A stretch of 64,000 bases of DNA. Source: Actinomycetes bacterium (GTDB taxonomy: Bacteria; Planctomycetota; Phycisphaerae; JAACET01). Both the position numbers and the translations under genes were made by a program. The stretch spans positions 66,642 to 130,641 of the forward strand of contig JAUXAG010000006.1 of the NCBI GenBank assembly GCA_030614915.1, read 5' to 3'. Under the pieces are notes generated by a model. The model did not search any database. It saw nothing but the letters and a program-made list of their open reading frames with translations, and was not told the origin of the DNA. The first letter of the stretch is position 1. Each line of letters starts with the position of its first letter. Positions 40,144-49,339 of this stretch are shown here, in pieces.

Positions 40144-42804
40144 ATGAGCCAAGCAGATCCATCCACCAAAAACCTCACCCCGGCTATGCGGCAGTACCAC
40201 AGCTTCAAAGCCAAGTACCCCGATGCCGTCCTCTTCTTCCGCATGGGTGATTTCTACGAGATGTTCTACGACGACGCCGTCCTGGCCAGTCGGGTGCTCG
40301 GCCTGGCCCTGACCAGCCGAAGCAAGGGCGACAATGCCGTCCCCCTGGCCGGCGTGCCTTACCACGCCGCCGAAAGCTATCTCAACCGCCTCATCAAAGC
40401 GGGCTATCGCGTGGCCATCTGCGACCAGGTCGAGGACCCCAAGCTCGCCAAGGGCGTCGTCAAGCGCGACGTCGTCCGACTGGTAACCGCTGGCACCCTC
40501 ACCGACGAAGCCCTGCTATCCGAGCGCGAGGAAAACTTCCTCGCTGCCGTCTGCGAAGACTCCCAAGGCCTGGCGCTCGCCTGGGTCGAACTCAGCACCG
40601 GGGCCTTTAGCGTCATGCAAGTCGACCGACCCCGCTTGCTCGACGAGCTCGTCCGCCTGAGGTCCGCCGAGTGCCTCTTCGACCAGAGTTGGCTCAGCGA
40701 AAACCGCACCCTCGCCCAGGAGCTCCGCGAGCTCACCGGTGCGGTCATCACCGAACGGCCCGACTGGTCCTTCGCTCCTTACAATGCCCAACAGGTCCTT
40801 CAGAAACACTTCGCCACCACCAGCCTCGCTGGCTTCGGCTTCGAACACCCCGGCCCGGAAGTATGCGCCGCTGGGGCCATCATCGACTACCTAAACGAAA
40901 CCCAGAAGACCGCCCTGGCCCACATCAACAAGCTCACCCGTTTTGAGCGCAGCAACTTCGTGCAGATCGACCAGAACACCCTCCGCGCCCTCGAAATCGA
41001 GCGCACTCTGCGCGACGGCAAACTCCAAGGCTCGCTCCTGGCCTGCCTCCAGGAAACCTACACCCCCATGGGCTCCAGAATGCTCCGCCGTTGGCTCTGC
41101 TTCCCACTGGCTGAGATGGACATGATCCTCGACCGCCAGCAGGCCCTCGCCCAGCTCGTCAACGACTCTGACACTCTCCGCCAAATGCGATCCCTGCTCA
41201 AAAAAATGACCGCCGACTTGGAGCGTATCACCGCCCGCCTGAGCACCGGAAGGTGCTCCCCCCGCGACCTGCTCGGCTTAGCCTCCGCCCTAAAAATCCT
41301 GCCCCAACTCAAGCAGCTCATGTCCGCCTGCGACGGCCTGTACTGGCAAAAGCTGTTCGAGAATTGCGACCCCCTCACCGATGTTACCGAGCTGATCGAA
41401 CGCGGCATCAATCCCAACGCCCCCAACGTCCTCCGCGACGGCGGGGTAATCAAAGATGGCTACAACACCGAACTCGACCAGCTTCGCTCACTCGGCAAGA
41501 ATCAAAAACAATGGTTGGCCCAGTTCCAGAAGACCCAGGCCCAAACCACCGGAATCCCTTCCCTGCGTGTCGGCTACAACAAGGTCTTCGGCTTTTACAT
41601 CGAGGTAACCAACCTCCATCACGACAAGGTGCCCAGCCACTACATCCGCAAGCAGACCCTCAAGAACGCTGAGCGTTACATCACCGAAGAGCTCAAACAA
41701 TATGAGACCCAGGTCCTCGAAGCTACCGAGAAGAGCAAGGACCTCGAGGCCCGCCTCTTTGAGGACATCCGAACCCAACTGGCCGGGCAGGTCGCCCGTC
41801 TTCAGCAGACCGCCGGCGTAATCGCCCAGACCGACACCCTCTGCTGCTTGGCCCAGTTGGCCGTCGCCCGCGGATACTGTCGCCCCGAAATCCTCGACTC
41901 CACCGAGCTTGAGATCATCGACGGCAAGCACCCCGTCTTGGCTATGACCCTGGCTGAGCGATTCGTCCCCAATGACGTTACCCTCAACGAGAGCGACCGC
42001 CGCCTGGCCATCATCACCGGCCCAAACATGTCCGGCAAAAGCACATACATCCGCCAGACCGCTCTGCTGGCGATCATGGCCCAGATCGGCAGCTACATCC
42101 CCGCTTCACGAGCCCGCATCGGCGTAGTCGACCGCATCTACACCCGCGTCGGAGCCACCGACGAGTTAGCCCGCGGGCAGAGCACCTTCATGGTGGAGAT
42201 GACCGAGACCGCCAACATCCTCAACAACGCTACCGACCGCTCCCTCGTAATCCTCGACGAGGTCGGCCGAGGCACCAGCACCTACGACGGCCTATCGCTC
42301 GCCTGGGCTGTCACCGAGCACATCTGTAGCCACATCCGCTGCCGCACCCTCTTTGCCACCCACTATCACCAGCTCACCGAGTTAGCCGAGCTTTTGCCGA
42401 ATGTCATTAATTTGAATGTACTTGTCCGCGAATGGGCCGACGAGATCGTCTTTCTCCATCGCATCGTCCCCGGCGGAACCGACAAGAGTTACGGCATACA
42501 CGTCGCCCGCTTAGCCGGCATCCCCCGGGCCGTCATCCACCGCGCCCGCGAATTGTTACAGCGCCTAGAAACGGCTGCCTGTGGTGAGCCCCGTCGAACC
42601 GCGCCTGATGCCATCCCCGCCCCACATACAAGTAGTAAAAAGAAAGCTGCCAATGGCAGCCAGATGATGCTCTTCTCCCAACCCACCAACCACTTAGCGG
42701 AAGCCATAAATTCCCTCGACCTCGACAACCTCAGCCCCACCGATGCCCTCAAAGCTCTAAAAGAATTGCAGGAAAAAGCCAAAAGAGAACTAAAACAAAT
42801 CTAG
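40144..42804 (+). CDS. mutS: DNA mismatch repair protein MutS
   Basis: N-terminal TPAMRQY...GDFYE mismatch-binding motif, Walker A GPNMSGKST, C-terminal HTH. Confidence 0.95.
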   Translation: MSQADPSTKNLTPAMRQYHSFKAKYPDAVLFFRMGDFYEMFYDDAVLASRVLGLALTSRSKGDNAVPLAGVPYHAAESYLNRLIKAGYRVAICDQVEDPKLAKGVVKRDVVRLVTAGTLTDEALLSEREENFLAAVCEDSQGLALAWVELSTGAFSVMQVDRPRLLDELVRLRSAECLFDQSWLSENRTLAQELRELTGAVITERPDWSFAPYNAQQVLQKHFATTSLAGFGFEHPGPEVCAAGAIIDYLNETQKTALAHINKLTRFERSNFVQIDQNTLRALEIERTLRDGKLQGSLLACLQETYTPMGSRMLRRWLCFPLAEMDMILDRQQALAQLVNDSDTLRQMRSLLKKMTADLERITARLSTGRCSPRDLLGLASALKILPQLKQLMSACDGLYWQKLFENCDPLTDVTELIERGINPNAPNVLRDGGVIKDGYNTELDQLRSLGKNQKQWLAQFQKTQAQTTGIPSLRVGYNKVFGFYIEVTNLHHDKVPSHYIRKQTLKNAERYITEELKQYETQVLEATEKSKDLEARLFEDIRTQLAGQVARLQQTAGVIAQTDTLCCLAQLAVARGYCRPEILDSTELEIIDGKHPVLAMTLAERFVPNDVTLNESDRRLAIITGPNMSGKSTYIRQTALLAIMAQIGSYIPASRARIGVVDRIYTRVGATDELARGQSTFMVEMTETANILNNATDRSLVILDEVGRGTSTYDGLSLAWAVTEHICSHIRCRTLFATHYHQLTELAELLPNVINLNVLVREWADEIVFLHRIVPGGTDKSYGIHVARLAGIPRAVIHRARELLQRLETAACGEPRRTAPDAIPAPHTSSKKKAANGSQMMLFSQPTNHLAEAINSLDLDNLSPTDALKALKELQEKAKRELKQI

Positions 42805-42820
42805 AGTCGCAATCATTTGA

Positions 42821-44914
42821 TCATCGCGTAGGGTCCGCTGGATTTTGGGTTTCGGGGCCGGATTTCGCGTAGGATTTGAATCTCGCATTTACCGCCGTAA
42901 ACAGCATGCATGCTTTTTTTAGGGTAGTCTCAGGAACGCTCTTTGGGTCTTTGCCCCACTCTTCAATAAGTCGCAGTACAGCCCAAGCTTTCTGATCGGT
43001 TCCGAATGTCCCAAAGCCTTTACGCTTGAATACTTTTTCCATGGCAGCTACGTTAGTTTCTTCCTGCTTTTCCTCGTCGTTCAATTTAAAGTTGTAGCCA
43101 CAAGCCCCCACTGCAGCGGCGTAGCTGTCTCTGGCTACTAGGTCTTCGATAGTAGCCTTTTTCAAACCTACGGCTTGTCCCAGCATCAGAATACGAGAGT
43201 TATCACCAAATAAGTCCCGTTCGAATCGCTTAGCAGCCTGTATGCCTGTGCTATCGCTGTCGAGCAGTACGAGCATCTGACGACCGCCTACACCACTAGC
43301 CCCAAACATTATTGAGGCAAGGGGCATCATTCTGCTAATACCACCGGACGGAATGATCACGGTATCTTCCTGAAGTGTCGGCCCTTTTCCAAGAGCAGCG
43401 AGGCACCCCGTCAAAGCCTTCGCGATCCAGTAGTCGGTGATGCCCTCTACAATCAGTGATCGTTTACCCAGGAAAAGAGTTTGGGCCATCGAGTAACCGA
43501 TGGCGGCCTGCAGAGGAAAAAGGGTATCGCGGTCACCGGCGAGCCGTGTATTGCTGGAAACGACTGCCTTTTCGAGCCGATCTCCCTCAAGGTAGGTGGT
43601 CCTTACGCGCTCAAGATGATTTCCATCAACCAGGAATGGCAGGTGAGTAGTATATATCAATTGGTTGGTACCTGAGATGCGCTCAAAAAGGCCAATAAGG
43701 CTACTTTGCATTGTTGGATGTAGATGCAAACCGGGTTCATCGAGAAGTAATATGGCGCCTTTATGCGCCTGTTTCGATTCGACGAGGAAAACAAGATAGA
43801 AAGAGAAAAACCACTGAAATCCGTGGCTTCGCTCTTCGAATGGAATAGGGAACTCATTGTATTCATCTGAGACCCTCAGTACTAGGTCGTCTCCGTCCGC
43901 GTCAAAAGACAGTTTGTGTCGTTTTTCTGTCCACCATTTGATCCAGTCTCCAGTAAGGCCGAACGACGCGGAGTCCAATAGAGCCCGTCGCTTATCCTTT
44001 CTACGTTGCCTGGCTTCTTCTTCTTCGCCATCCTGTGGTTTGCCAAGCGTGAGAATCTCCTCCGGATTAAGATTACTCCACTCGAATAGGGCGGCCTGTG
44101 TGCGAGTCTTTACGTCAGGGGATTTGACACGCGTTAGATAGAGCGGCAAGTTCAACCTCGTTTCCAGCTGCCCATAGTCGTCGAAATATATGAATGTTGG
44201 GAGGTTTTGAAGAACCCAACTTCTTGCTTTTTGGGCTGGATCACCCTCTTTGGCTTGCCCAATAAGTGTCGAAAGTTTTCCAAGCTCCTTGCTGGCTAGT
44301 TGTTTTCGCGACTCGTCTCCAGATATCCAATTTGAAACAGTCGATTGAAACGATGTCAGTTGAGTGACGGTACCCTTGTCCCAAAGCGGAAGGTCTTCGT
44401 TGATAGCGTTTTCCGCATCGGACTTTGCCTTACTCACTGTACCATCGTCCGACCCATTCGACATGACAGCTTGGGCAACTTCCTGAATTCTCTTCTTAGC
44501 ATGGACCGACGATTTCTGGAATTCCTTTTCGGTCTTTTCATCGAAATTGATATGTGTTTCGGTTTCTTCCTCACCTTTGTAGTAGCTTGTGAAGATGATT
44601 TCTGTCGGCTTGACGTTAAACTCAGAGGGAAACTGGCCGGACAGCTCTTCTGCTTCAGCATCCGTAAGCTCGAACTTGAGAGTAACCACCTCCTGTTTTT
44701 CGAAGCGCTCCTTTGCATAACGTTCCCGGGGATAGTCCAAAAGCTTATCGAACTTGGCATTTGCGACATTCTTTGTCTTCCACAGCGCCCGAAGGATGGC
44801 TGTCTTGCCGCTTTCATTTTTGCCAACGAGAGCTGTTACATGCTCATCCACGGGAATCAGTCCGGTGTCGTCAATTACTTTATAGTTTTTGATCTGAAAG
44901 TGTGTAAGCTTCAT
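42821..44914 (-). CDS. OLD-family ATP-dependent endonuclease (ABC-type ATPase + Toprim), stand-alone class-1 type
   Basis: Walker A GKNESGKT. OLD-type Walker B/H-loop ILLLDEPGLHLHP. Toprim Glu (SLIVEGITDYW) and DxD (VLLDSDSTG). GC (~48%) is clearly lower than the flanks. Confidence 0.8.
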   Translation of the reverse strand: MKLTHFQIKNYKVIDDTGLIPVDEHVTALVGKNESGKTAILRALWKTKNVANAKFDKLLDYPRERYAKERFEKQEVVTLKFELTDAEAEELSGQFPSEFNVKPTEIIFTSYYKGEEETETHINFDEKTEKEFQKSSVHAKKRIQEVAQAVMSNGSDDGTVSKAKSDAENAINEDLPLWDKGTVTQLTSFQSTVSNWISGDESRKQLASKELGKLSTLIGQAKEGDPAQKARSWVLQNLPTFIYFDDYGQLETRLNLPLYLTRVKSPDVKTRTQAALFEWSNLNPEEILTLGKPQDGEEEEARQRRKDKRRALLDSASFGLTGDWIKWWTEKRHKLSFDADGDDLVLRVSDEYNEFPIPFEERSHGFQWFFSFYLVFLVESKQAHKGAILLLDEPGLHLHPTMQSSLIGLFERISGTNQLIYTTHLPFLVDGNHLERVRTTYLEGDRLEKAVVSSNTRLAGDRDTLFPLQAAIGYSMAQTLFLGKRSLIVEGITDYWIAKALTGCLAALGKGPTLQEDTVIIPSGGISRMMPLASIMFGASGVGGRQMLVLLDSDSTGIQAAKRFERDLFGDNSRILMLGQAVGLKKATIEDLVARDSYAAAVGACGYNFKLNDEEKQEETNVAAMEKVFKRKGFGTFGTDQKAWAVLRLIEEWGKDPKSVPETTLKKACMLFTAVNARFKSYAKSGPETQNPADPTR

Positions 44915-44998
44915 CGTTTTCTCCTGGGAATCGTTGGCAAACTCCTATATTAAAGCCCACACGAATTGGCTAGATAGATTATACCGAATCTGTCCATT

Positions 44999-45031
44999 AT
45001 TGACAAGCCCCCTTCTCGGCCCTATATTCGC
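44999..45031 (+). promoter_or_regulatory. Promoter-like motif ATTGACAAGCC-N-CCCTATATTCG (a second copy lies upstream of the repressor gene, at 47806-47838)
   Basis: TTGACA-N17-TATATT. The 11-nt flanking words are identical between the two copies. No plus-strand ORF lies downstream of this copy. It reads into the AT-rich tandem repeat. Confidence 0.4.
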
Positions 45032-45203
45032 ACCGGATTCGGAGCTTTCTCTGCTTTGTGCCTCTGTGCCTTCCTACTCTGCGAAGTAGCTCGCTACGTA
45101 GCACGAGTTGTTCATTTGTGCCTTTCCTCTACTTCGTGCCCTTTGTGTTGAATGAATCAGCGTAATCTGCGAAATCAGCGTCAAAAAATCTTTCTTTGCG
45201 TTT

Positions 45204-45330
45204 CTATATTATCAGTGCAATCTGTGTTCATCTGTGGCTAATTATCTTTTCTGTATTTCTTACTATCAGTGTAATCTGTGAAATCTGTGGCTAATTATCT
45301 TCTCTGTATTTCTTACTATCAATTAGCAAC
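45204..45330. repeat. AT-rich tandem direct repeat (~53-bp unit, ~2.5 copies) containing reiterated AATCTGTG words
   Basis: atctgtggctaattatctt(t/c)tctgtatttcttactatca appears twice (45230-45282 and 45283-45330), with a partial copy upstream. Six copies of aatctg(t/c)g. Confidence 0.7.
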
Positions 45331-45348
45331 GCCCAAGGCGAGCTTAGA

Positions 45349-46092
45349 TCATATTATTTGCTGAGGCGGTTGTTGGTATGGGTTTGCGTATTGGGGTCCG
45401 GCTTGAGCTGCCGCTTGGGCTGGGGGAGCACCAATGCCAAACTGGGCCAATTCGGGCGTCTGGGCTACCAGGTGCCGATATACCAACGCGTTAGCTACCA
45501 TCACTGTAGGATAGGCCGCAAACACACCCACACCCAGGCAAAGCAACCCCAAAAGAATAATCAAAGCACACAGAAGACTAAAGACAAACAGTTTCCATTT
45601 GACCCCCATGGTGGTCCGCCCGCTGGCCTTGATCGCCTGAACGGGCCCCAGGCCTTTATCAATGACAAAATACTGACAAAGGCCGTATTTGATCGACCAG
45701 ATAATCCCTGGAACAATGAATAGCAAAAGCCCACCCCACACAATGAGCATCAAAAGGATCTGTGCCCCCACATACCGCCAGAAGCAGCCTTCATAGTCAA
45801 ATAGGGTACTGAAGCGTGGCTTTCGGCCGTCACAAAAACTAAGGGCTATCTTGATAAAGCCTATGCCGATGATAATGCTGATAACCATCCCGATGATATT
45901 GAGCACAAAAATCAACAAACCAGCTAGCAGCTCGGGGGGCTTTACGCTTAGTATTATCTGCTCGATAATATCCGGTATGGCGCTGACTAATCCAGCCACG
46001 AAAGCCAGCCCTACAAAGAACCACAGGTTCACCTTCATTACTTGCCAGCCAAAGCCCAGCACATCCCCGATGATAAAACGCTTGCCGTACAT
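45349..46092 (-). CDS. Integral membrane protein (DUF975-like, uncertain)
   Basis: Five or more hydrophobic helices. Low GC like the adjacent OLD gene. Start chosen at MYGKRF. Track ORF extends to 46161. Confidence 0.5.
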   Translation of the reverse strand: MYGKRFIIGDVLGFGWQVMKVNLWFFVGLAFVAGLVSAIPDIIEQIILSVKPPELLAGLLIFVLNIIGMVISIIIGIGFIKIALSFCDGRKPRFSTLFDYEGCFWRYVGAQILLMLIVWGGLLLFIVPGIIWSIKYGLCQYFVIDKGLGPVQAIKASGRTTMGVKWKLFVFSLLCALIILLGLLCLGVGVFAAYPTVMVANALVYRHLVAQTPELAQFGIGAPPAQAAAQAGPQYANPYQQPPQQII

Positions 46093-46252
46093 AGATTCCC
46101 CTTTCAAGAAGGTTGTTTTCCAAATTGTAACTGCATGTCTGAGCTTTAGCAAGTCCACCAAAACCGGCTTTACAAGAAGACTACTCTACCAGTATTATTG
46201 GGTTTGGGCAAACTTTGATTGACTTTTCTACAAGAGACAAGGAAAGGCAACC

Positions 46253-46603
46253 ATGTCTGAAGACAAGCCGACTATTACCTTCGACGATTTTGCCAAGCTC
46301 GACCTTCGCGTAGCTAAGATAATCGAGGCTGAGAATCACCCCAATGCAAATAAGCTCATTTGCCTGAAGATCGACCTGGGCAGCGAAGAAAGACAGATCA
46401 TCGCCGGCATCCGCGGCCACTATGAGCCGGCTGAACTGATCGGAAAACAAATCGTCGTCGTCGCTAACCTCGCCCCCCGCACAATGCGAGGCCTCGAATC
46501 GCAAGGCATGCTCTTGGCCGCCCACGCCCAAAATGAATCCGCCAGCTCACTTGTCCTGATAACCCCCGAAAAACCCACCACCCCCGGCGCCGAAGTCTCC
46601 TGA
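46253..46603 (+). CDS. tRNA-binding domain protein (CsaA / MetRS C-terminal EMAP-like)
   Basis: LDLRVAKIIEAENHPNANKL...KIDLG...QIIAGI...YEPAELIGKQIVVVANL OB-fold motif string. Confidence 0.8.
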   Translation: MSEDKPTITFDDFAKLDLRVAKIIEAENHPNANKLICLKIDLGSEERQIIAGIRGHYEPAELIGKQIVVVANLAPRTMRGLESQGMLLAAHAQNESASSLVLITPEKPTTPGAEVS

Positions 46604-46623
46604 GCGGGGCCAGCTAGTGTTTT

Positions 46624-47685
46624 CTATTTAGCTTCGTCCTTAAACAATCCAAAGATAGGCTCGGGCGCCCGTTCCAGCTCAGCCAGGGCCCGTCCCCGAG
46701 TGTTGGTCAGCCGGGCCGATTCTTTCTCCTTGGTATTGGCCGACTCTGCCGGGGCAACTTCCACCTCCAGCACCACACCCCGGTCGATCCGGTCAGCCAG
46801 AAACCGCAAATCCTCCTCCAGAGCCAGCTTCAAATCACCCGCTCGCCCCTTTGCCCCCCCCGGCAAATACTCATCCAGAATCGCCTGGGCCAAATCCCCC
46901 AGCTCTTTGTCAACCAGTTCCCCCTCGTGCTCCACGATGGCCTCGATCCGCTCAGCCGGCACCTTCTGCTTTACCAGGTCCGCCCGCAGCTTCTTGATCT
47001 GCATCAGGTTCTTATACACCCCCGCAATCCGTTCGACAGCCAGGGCCAGGGCCCCCGCCACCTCCGCCGAGACCTCCAGGAACAATTGAAAACCCGTCGG
47101 GCCGAGCGAGCTGATCTTGAGGCTGGCAACCTCCTGCCCCACGATCTTCTCAAACGTCTTGAGGGCATCGTCGAATTCATGGATCTCCGTACCCAGCCCC
47201 TCCAGGTTCGAGCCCACCAACTCCGGCGGAATACTAATCCCCACGCACGCCTGCCCCGCTGCCAGGCAATCGGGCTTGATATCAAAATCGTGCAGCTTTT
47301 TGTGCATGGCCTTGACCGACTTGTAAAAGCCCCCCAGCTTCTTGCCCAGCCGGGCCATTTGCTTCTGGGCATCCGCCGGGCTCATCGTGTTTGCTTCGAG
47401 GATCCCCGACACCTGCCCCCAAAGCCCTCGCCCAGTATAGCCCAGGGCCCCCAGTCGCTCGAAAATCCCCCGGGTGCTGGGCGTAGCCCTGTTCGTCGCC
47501 GACGATTCCAGCAGCTTCTGGAGCTCCCCACACGCCTGCTGGAAAGCCTTGGTATTCTGCTCGCTCGGCGATTGCACCGAGCTATCCAGGGCCCCCTGAA
47601 GCTCTCCCAGTTTTTCCACCACTCCTCCGCAATCGAATTCCTCCCCGATGCAGTGCAGAGCAGCGTGAAGTCTAGCCGTGTGCAT
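46624..47685 (-). CDS. Hypothetical protein (helical/coiled-coil), divergent from the repressor gene
   Basis: 353-aa ORF. No recognisable motifs. Confidence 0.5.
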   Translation of the reverse strand: MHTARLHAALHCIGEEFDCGGVVEKLGELQGALDSSVQSPSEQNTKAFQQACGELQKLLESSATNRATPSTRGIFERLGALGYTGRGLWGQVSGILEANTMSPADAQKQMARLGKKLGGFYKSVKAMHKKLHDFDIKPDCLAAGQACVGISIPPELVGSNLEGLGTEIHEFDDALKTFEKIVGQEVASLKISSLGPTGFQLFLEVSAEVAGALALAVERIAGVYKNLMQIKKLRADLVKQKVPAERIEAIVEHEGELVDKELGDLAQAILDEYLPGGAKGRAGDLKLALEEDLRFLADRIDRGVVLEVEVAPAESANTKEKESARLTNTRGRALAELERAPEPIFGLFKDEAK

Positions 47686-47806
47686 AAGCCCTTCCTTTCG
47701 CAGCTTCTCTGTCTTTGCCCCGGATTGTCTTCTTGCCGGGCCGAGTTGATCCGCCTTGCCCCCACTTCCAGCCTGCTTCGCAGATTATACTCATTTAGGC
47801 CCAGGA

Positions 47807-47835
47807 TTGACAAGCCTTCGGCCGGACCCTATATT
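47807..47835 (+). promoter_or_regulatory. Sigma70-like promoter (TTGACA-N17-TATATT) of the CI/LexA-like repressor gene; copy of the 44999 motif
   Basis: attgacaagcc ttcggccggac cctatattcg. A ggggagg RBS lies 9 nt before ATG 47892. Confidence 0.5.
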
Positions 47836-47891
47836 CGTCCCTCGACAAGCATCTCAACAAGCCAGGGGACAATTTGGGGAGGTACTTGACA

Positions 47892-48872
47892 ATGTCAGAA
47901 GACCCAAAGCCCGAAAACCTCGGCCAAGCTGTAATGGCTCGCCTCAAGCAGTTGCGGCTGCAGACCTATGGCCGGCGCGGACTGGGCCAATTCGCCCGCG
48001 AGCTCGGCATCAGTTCTGCAACTTATCGGCGATACGAAAAACTCAAAGCCGCCCCCGTGGAACTTTTGGCAAAGGCGGCCAGGCTCACCGGCGTCCAGCT
48101 CGCCTGGCTCATCACCGGCCGTAAAACCGACGGCTCGCCCCAGCCGAACATACCAGCCGACAGACAGACCATCCTCGAGAGAATCGAGCGCTTGGCCCAG
48201 CGCAACCCCGCTACCCTCCGGGCAATCCAGAAGTTCATGGACCTCCTCGAACAGCAGGCCGACCGACCCGCCACTCAATCCCCCCACCCCGACCAGCGCG
48301 ACGGTTGGCTGCCCGTACTCGGCCGGTCCGCCGCCGGCGTGGTCTTCTTCTGGGACGATTTACCAGACGGCGCCGGCAAGAGCCCGGCTGACAGACTATC
48401 CGAGCTCATCGACGCCTACCTCCAGGCCCAGACAGCCGGCCACTGGCCCGCCTCCATCGAACCCACTGACGCTCAGGCCGCCGAGCCCACTACCGATATC
48501 ATCAGTCTGATTCAGGTCAACGTCCCCAGCGACGCCCAGGTCGCTGAGTTTCTCGACTGTCCCGCCGTCCGCAAACGCTACCCCGATGCCTTCGCCCTCC
48601 GCATCGACGGCCAGAGCATGGCCCCCCAGCTCATCCACGGCGACTTGGTAATCGTCTCGCCCTCAGAACCAGCCGTACAAGGCAAAGCCGCTGTCGTGCA
48701 ATTACGCGACCAGATAGGCGTAACCTGCAAGCTCTATCGCCGCCAGGCAGACAAAGTTCATCTGATTCCCACCAACAAGCAGTACGAACCGCAAAACTTT
48801 GAACTCTCCGAGGTCCTCTGGGCCCTGCGCGTCCTCTTCCGCATCCGCGTCAAGCCACAACCAACTAGATGA
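47892..48872 (+). CDS. CI/LexA-like repressor: XRE-type HTH + long linker + S24 peptidase domain
   Basis: HTH (LGQFARELGISSATYRRYE). C-terminal S24 motifs (ALRIDGQSMAP...GDLVIV...CKLYRR). 326 aa, so longer than canonical LexA. Confidence 0.75.
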   Translation: MSEDPKPENLGQAVMARLKQLRLQTYGRRGLGQFARELGISSATYRRYEKLKAAPVELLAKAARLTGVQLAWLITGRKTDGSPQPNIPADRQTILERIERLAQRNPATLRAIQKFMDLLEQQADRPATQSPHPDQRDGWLPVLGRSAAGVVFFWDDLPDGAGKSPADRLSELIDAYLQAQTAGHWPASIEPTDAQAAEPTTDIISLIQVNVPSDAQVAEFLDCPAVRKRYPDAFALRIDGQSMAPQLIHGDLVIVSPSEPAVQGKAAVVQLRDQIGVTCKLYRRQADKVHLIPTNKQYEPQNFELSEVLWALRVLFRIRVKPQPTR

Positions 48873-48949
48873 TTGGCACAGTTCGGCACAACGCCGCCAG
48901 TCATACTCAAGACTGCAAGCGCAGAGATGTAGCTTGCACCAGCCTGGGC

Positions 48950-49255
48950 CTAATTATCAAAATGCCTTCGGCGCAGCTCCTTGCTATAGCCCAGCGGGTC
49001 AGCCAGGTAGCGCAGCTGGCACTGCCGGCAAAGGTCGTAGCGAAAAATGCGATAGTTGCCGTCCTCGATCTCTTTCAGCGACATCTGCTCCATCTTTTCC
49101 AGCATCTGTTGGATAATCTCGTCGGGCTTGTTCAGAAGGTCCGGGTCGCTCGAGTCCGCCTCGGCAGCGGCAAAAACCTCTATGCGCACCGTGTAGCGGC
49201 CGCTGCCCGTCGGCAAATCCTTACCGCACAGATCACACGAATAATGGATCATCAC
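48950..49255 (-). CDS. Hypothetical zinc-ribbon protein (CxxC…CxxC)
   Basis: 101 aa. CDLCGK ... CRQCQ. Confidence 0.5.
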   Translation of the reverse strand: MMIHYSCDLCGKDLPTGSGRYTVRIEVFAAAEADSSDPDLLNKPDEIIQQMLEKMEQMSLKEIEDGNYRIFRYDLCRQCQLRYLADPLGYSKELRRRHFDN

Positions 49256-49339
49256 TGAACCTCCTGTTCCGGGCTCGACCGTAAGATATCAGAATCGAAA
49301 CGTCCCTCCAAGCTTTTTACAACCGCCTCGTAAATTCAA

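Noticed and set aside
42805-42900. Possible second att repeat of the tRNA-Gly 3' end near the mutS/OLD junction (ggatttgaatctcgc)
   Set aside because: Only about 10 of 16 positions match the tRNA T-arm. Not convincing without a computed alignment.
45140-45340. Possible CRISPR array in the AT-rich repeat region
   Set aside because: Only about 2.5 directly abutting repeat units with no unique spacers, and no cas genes nearby. It is a plain tandem repeat.
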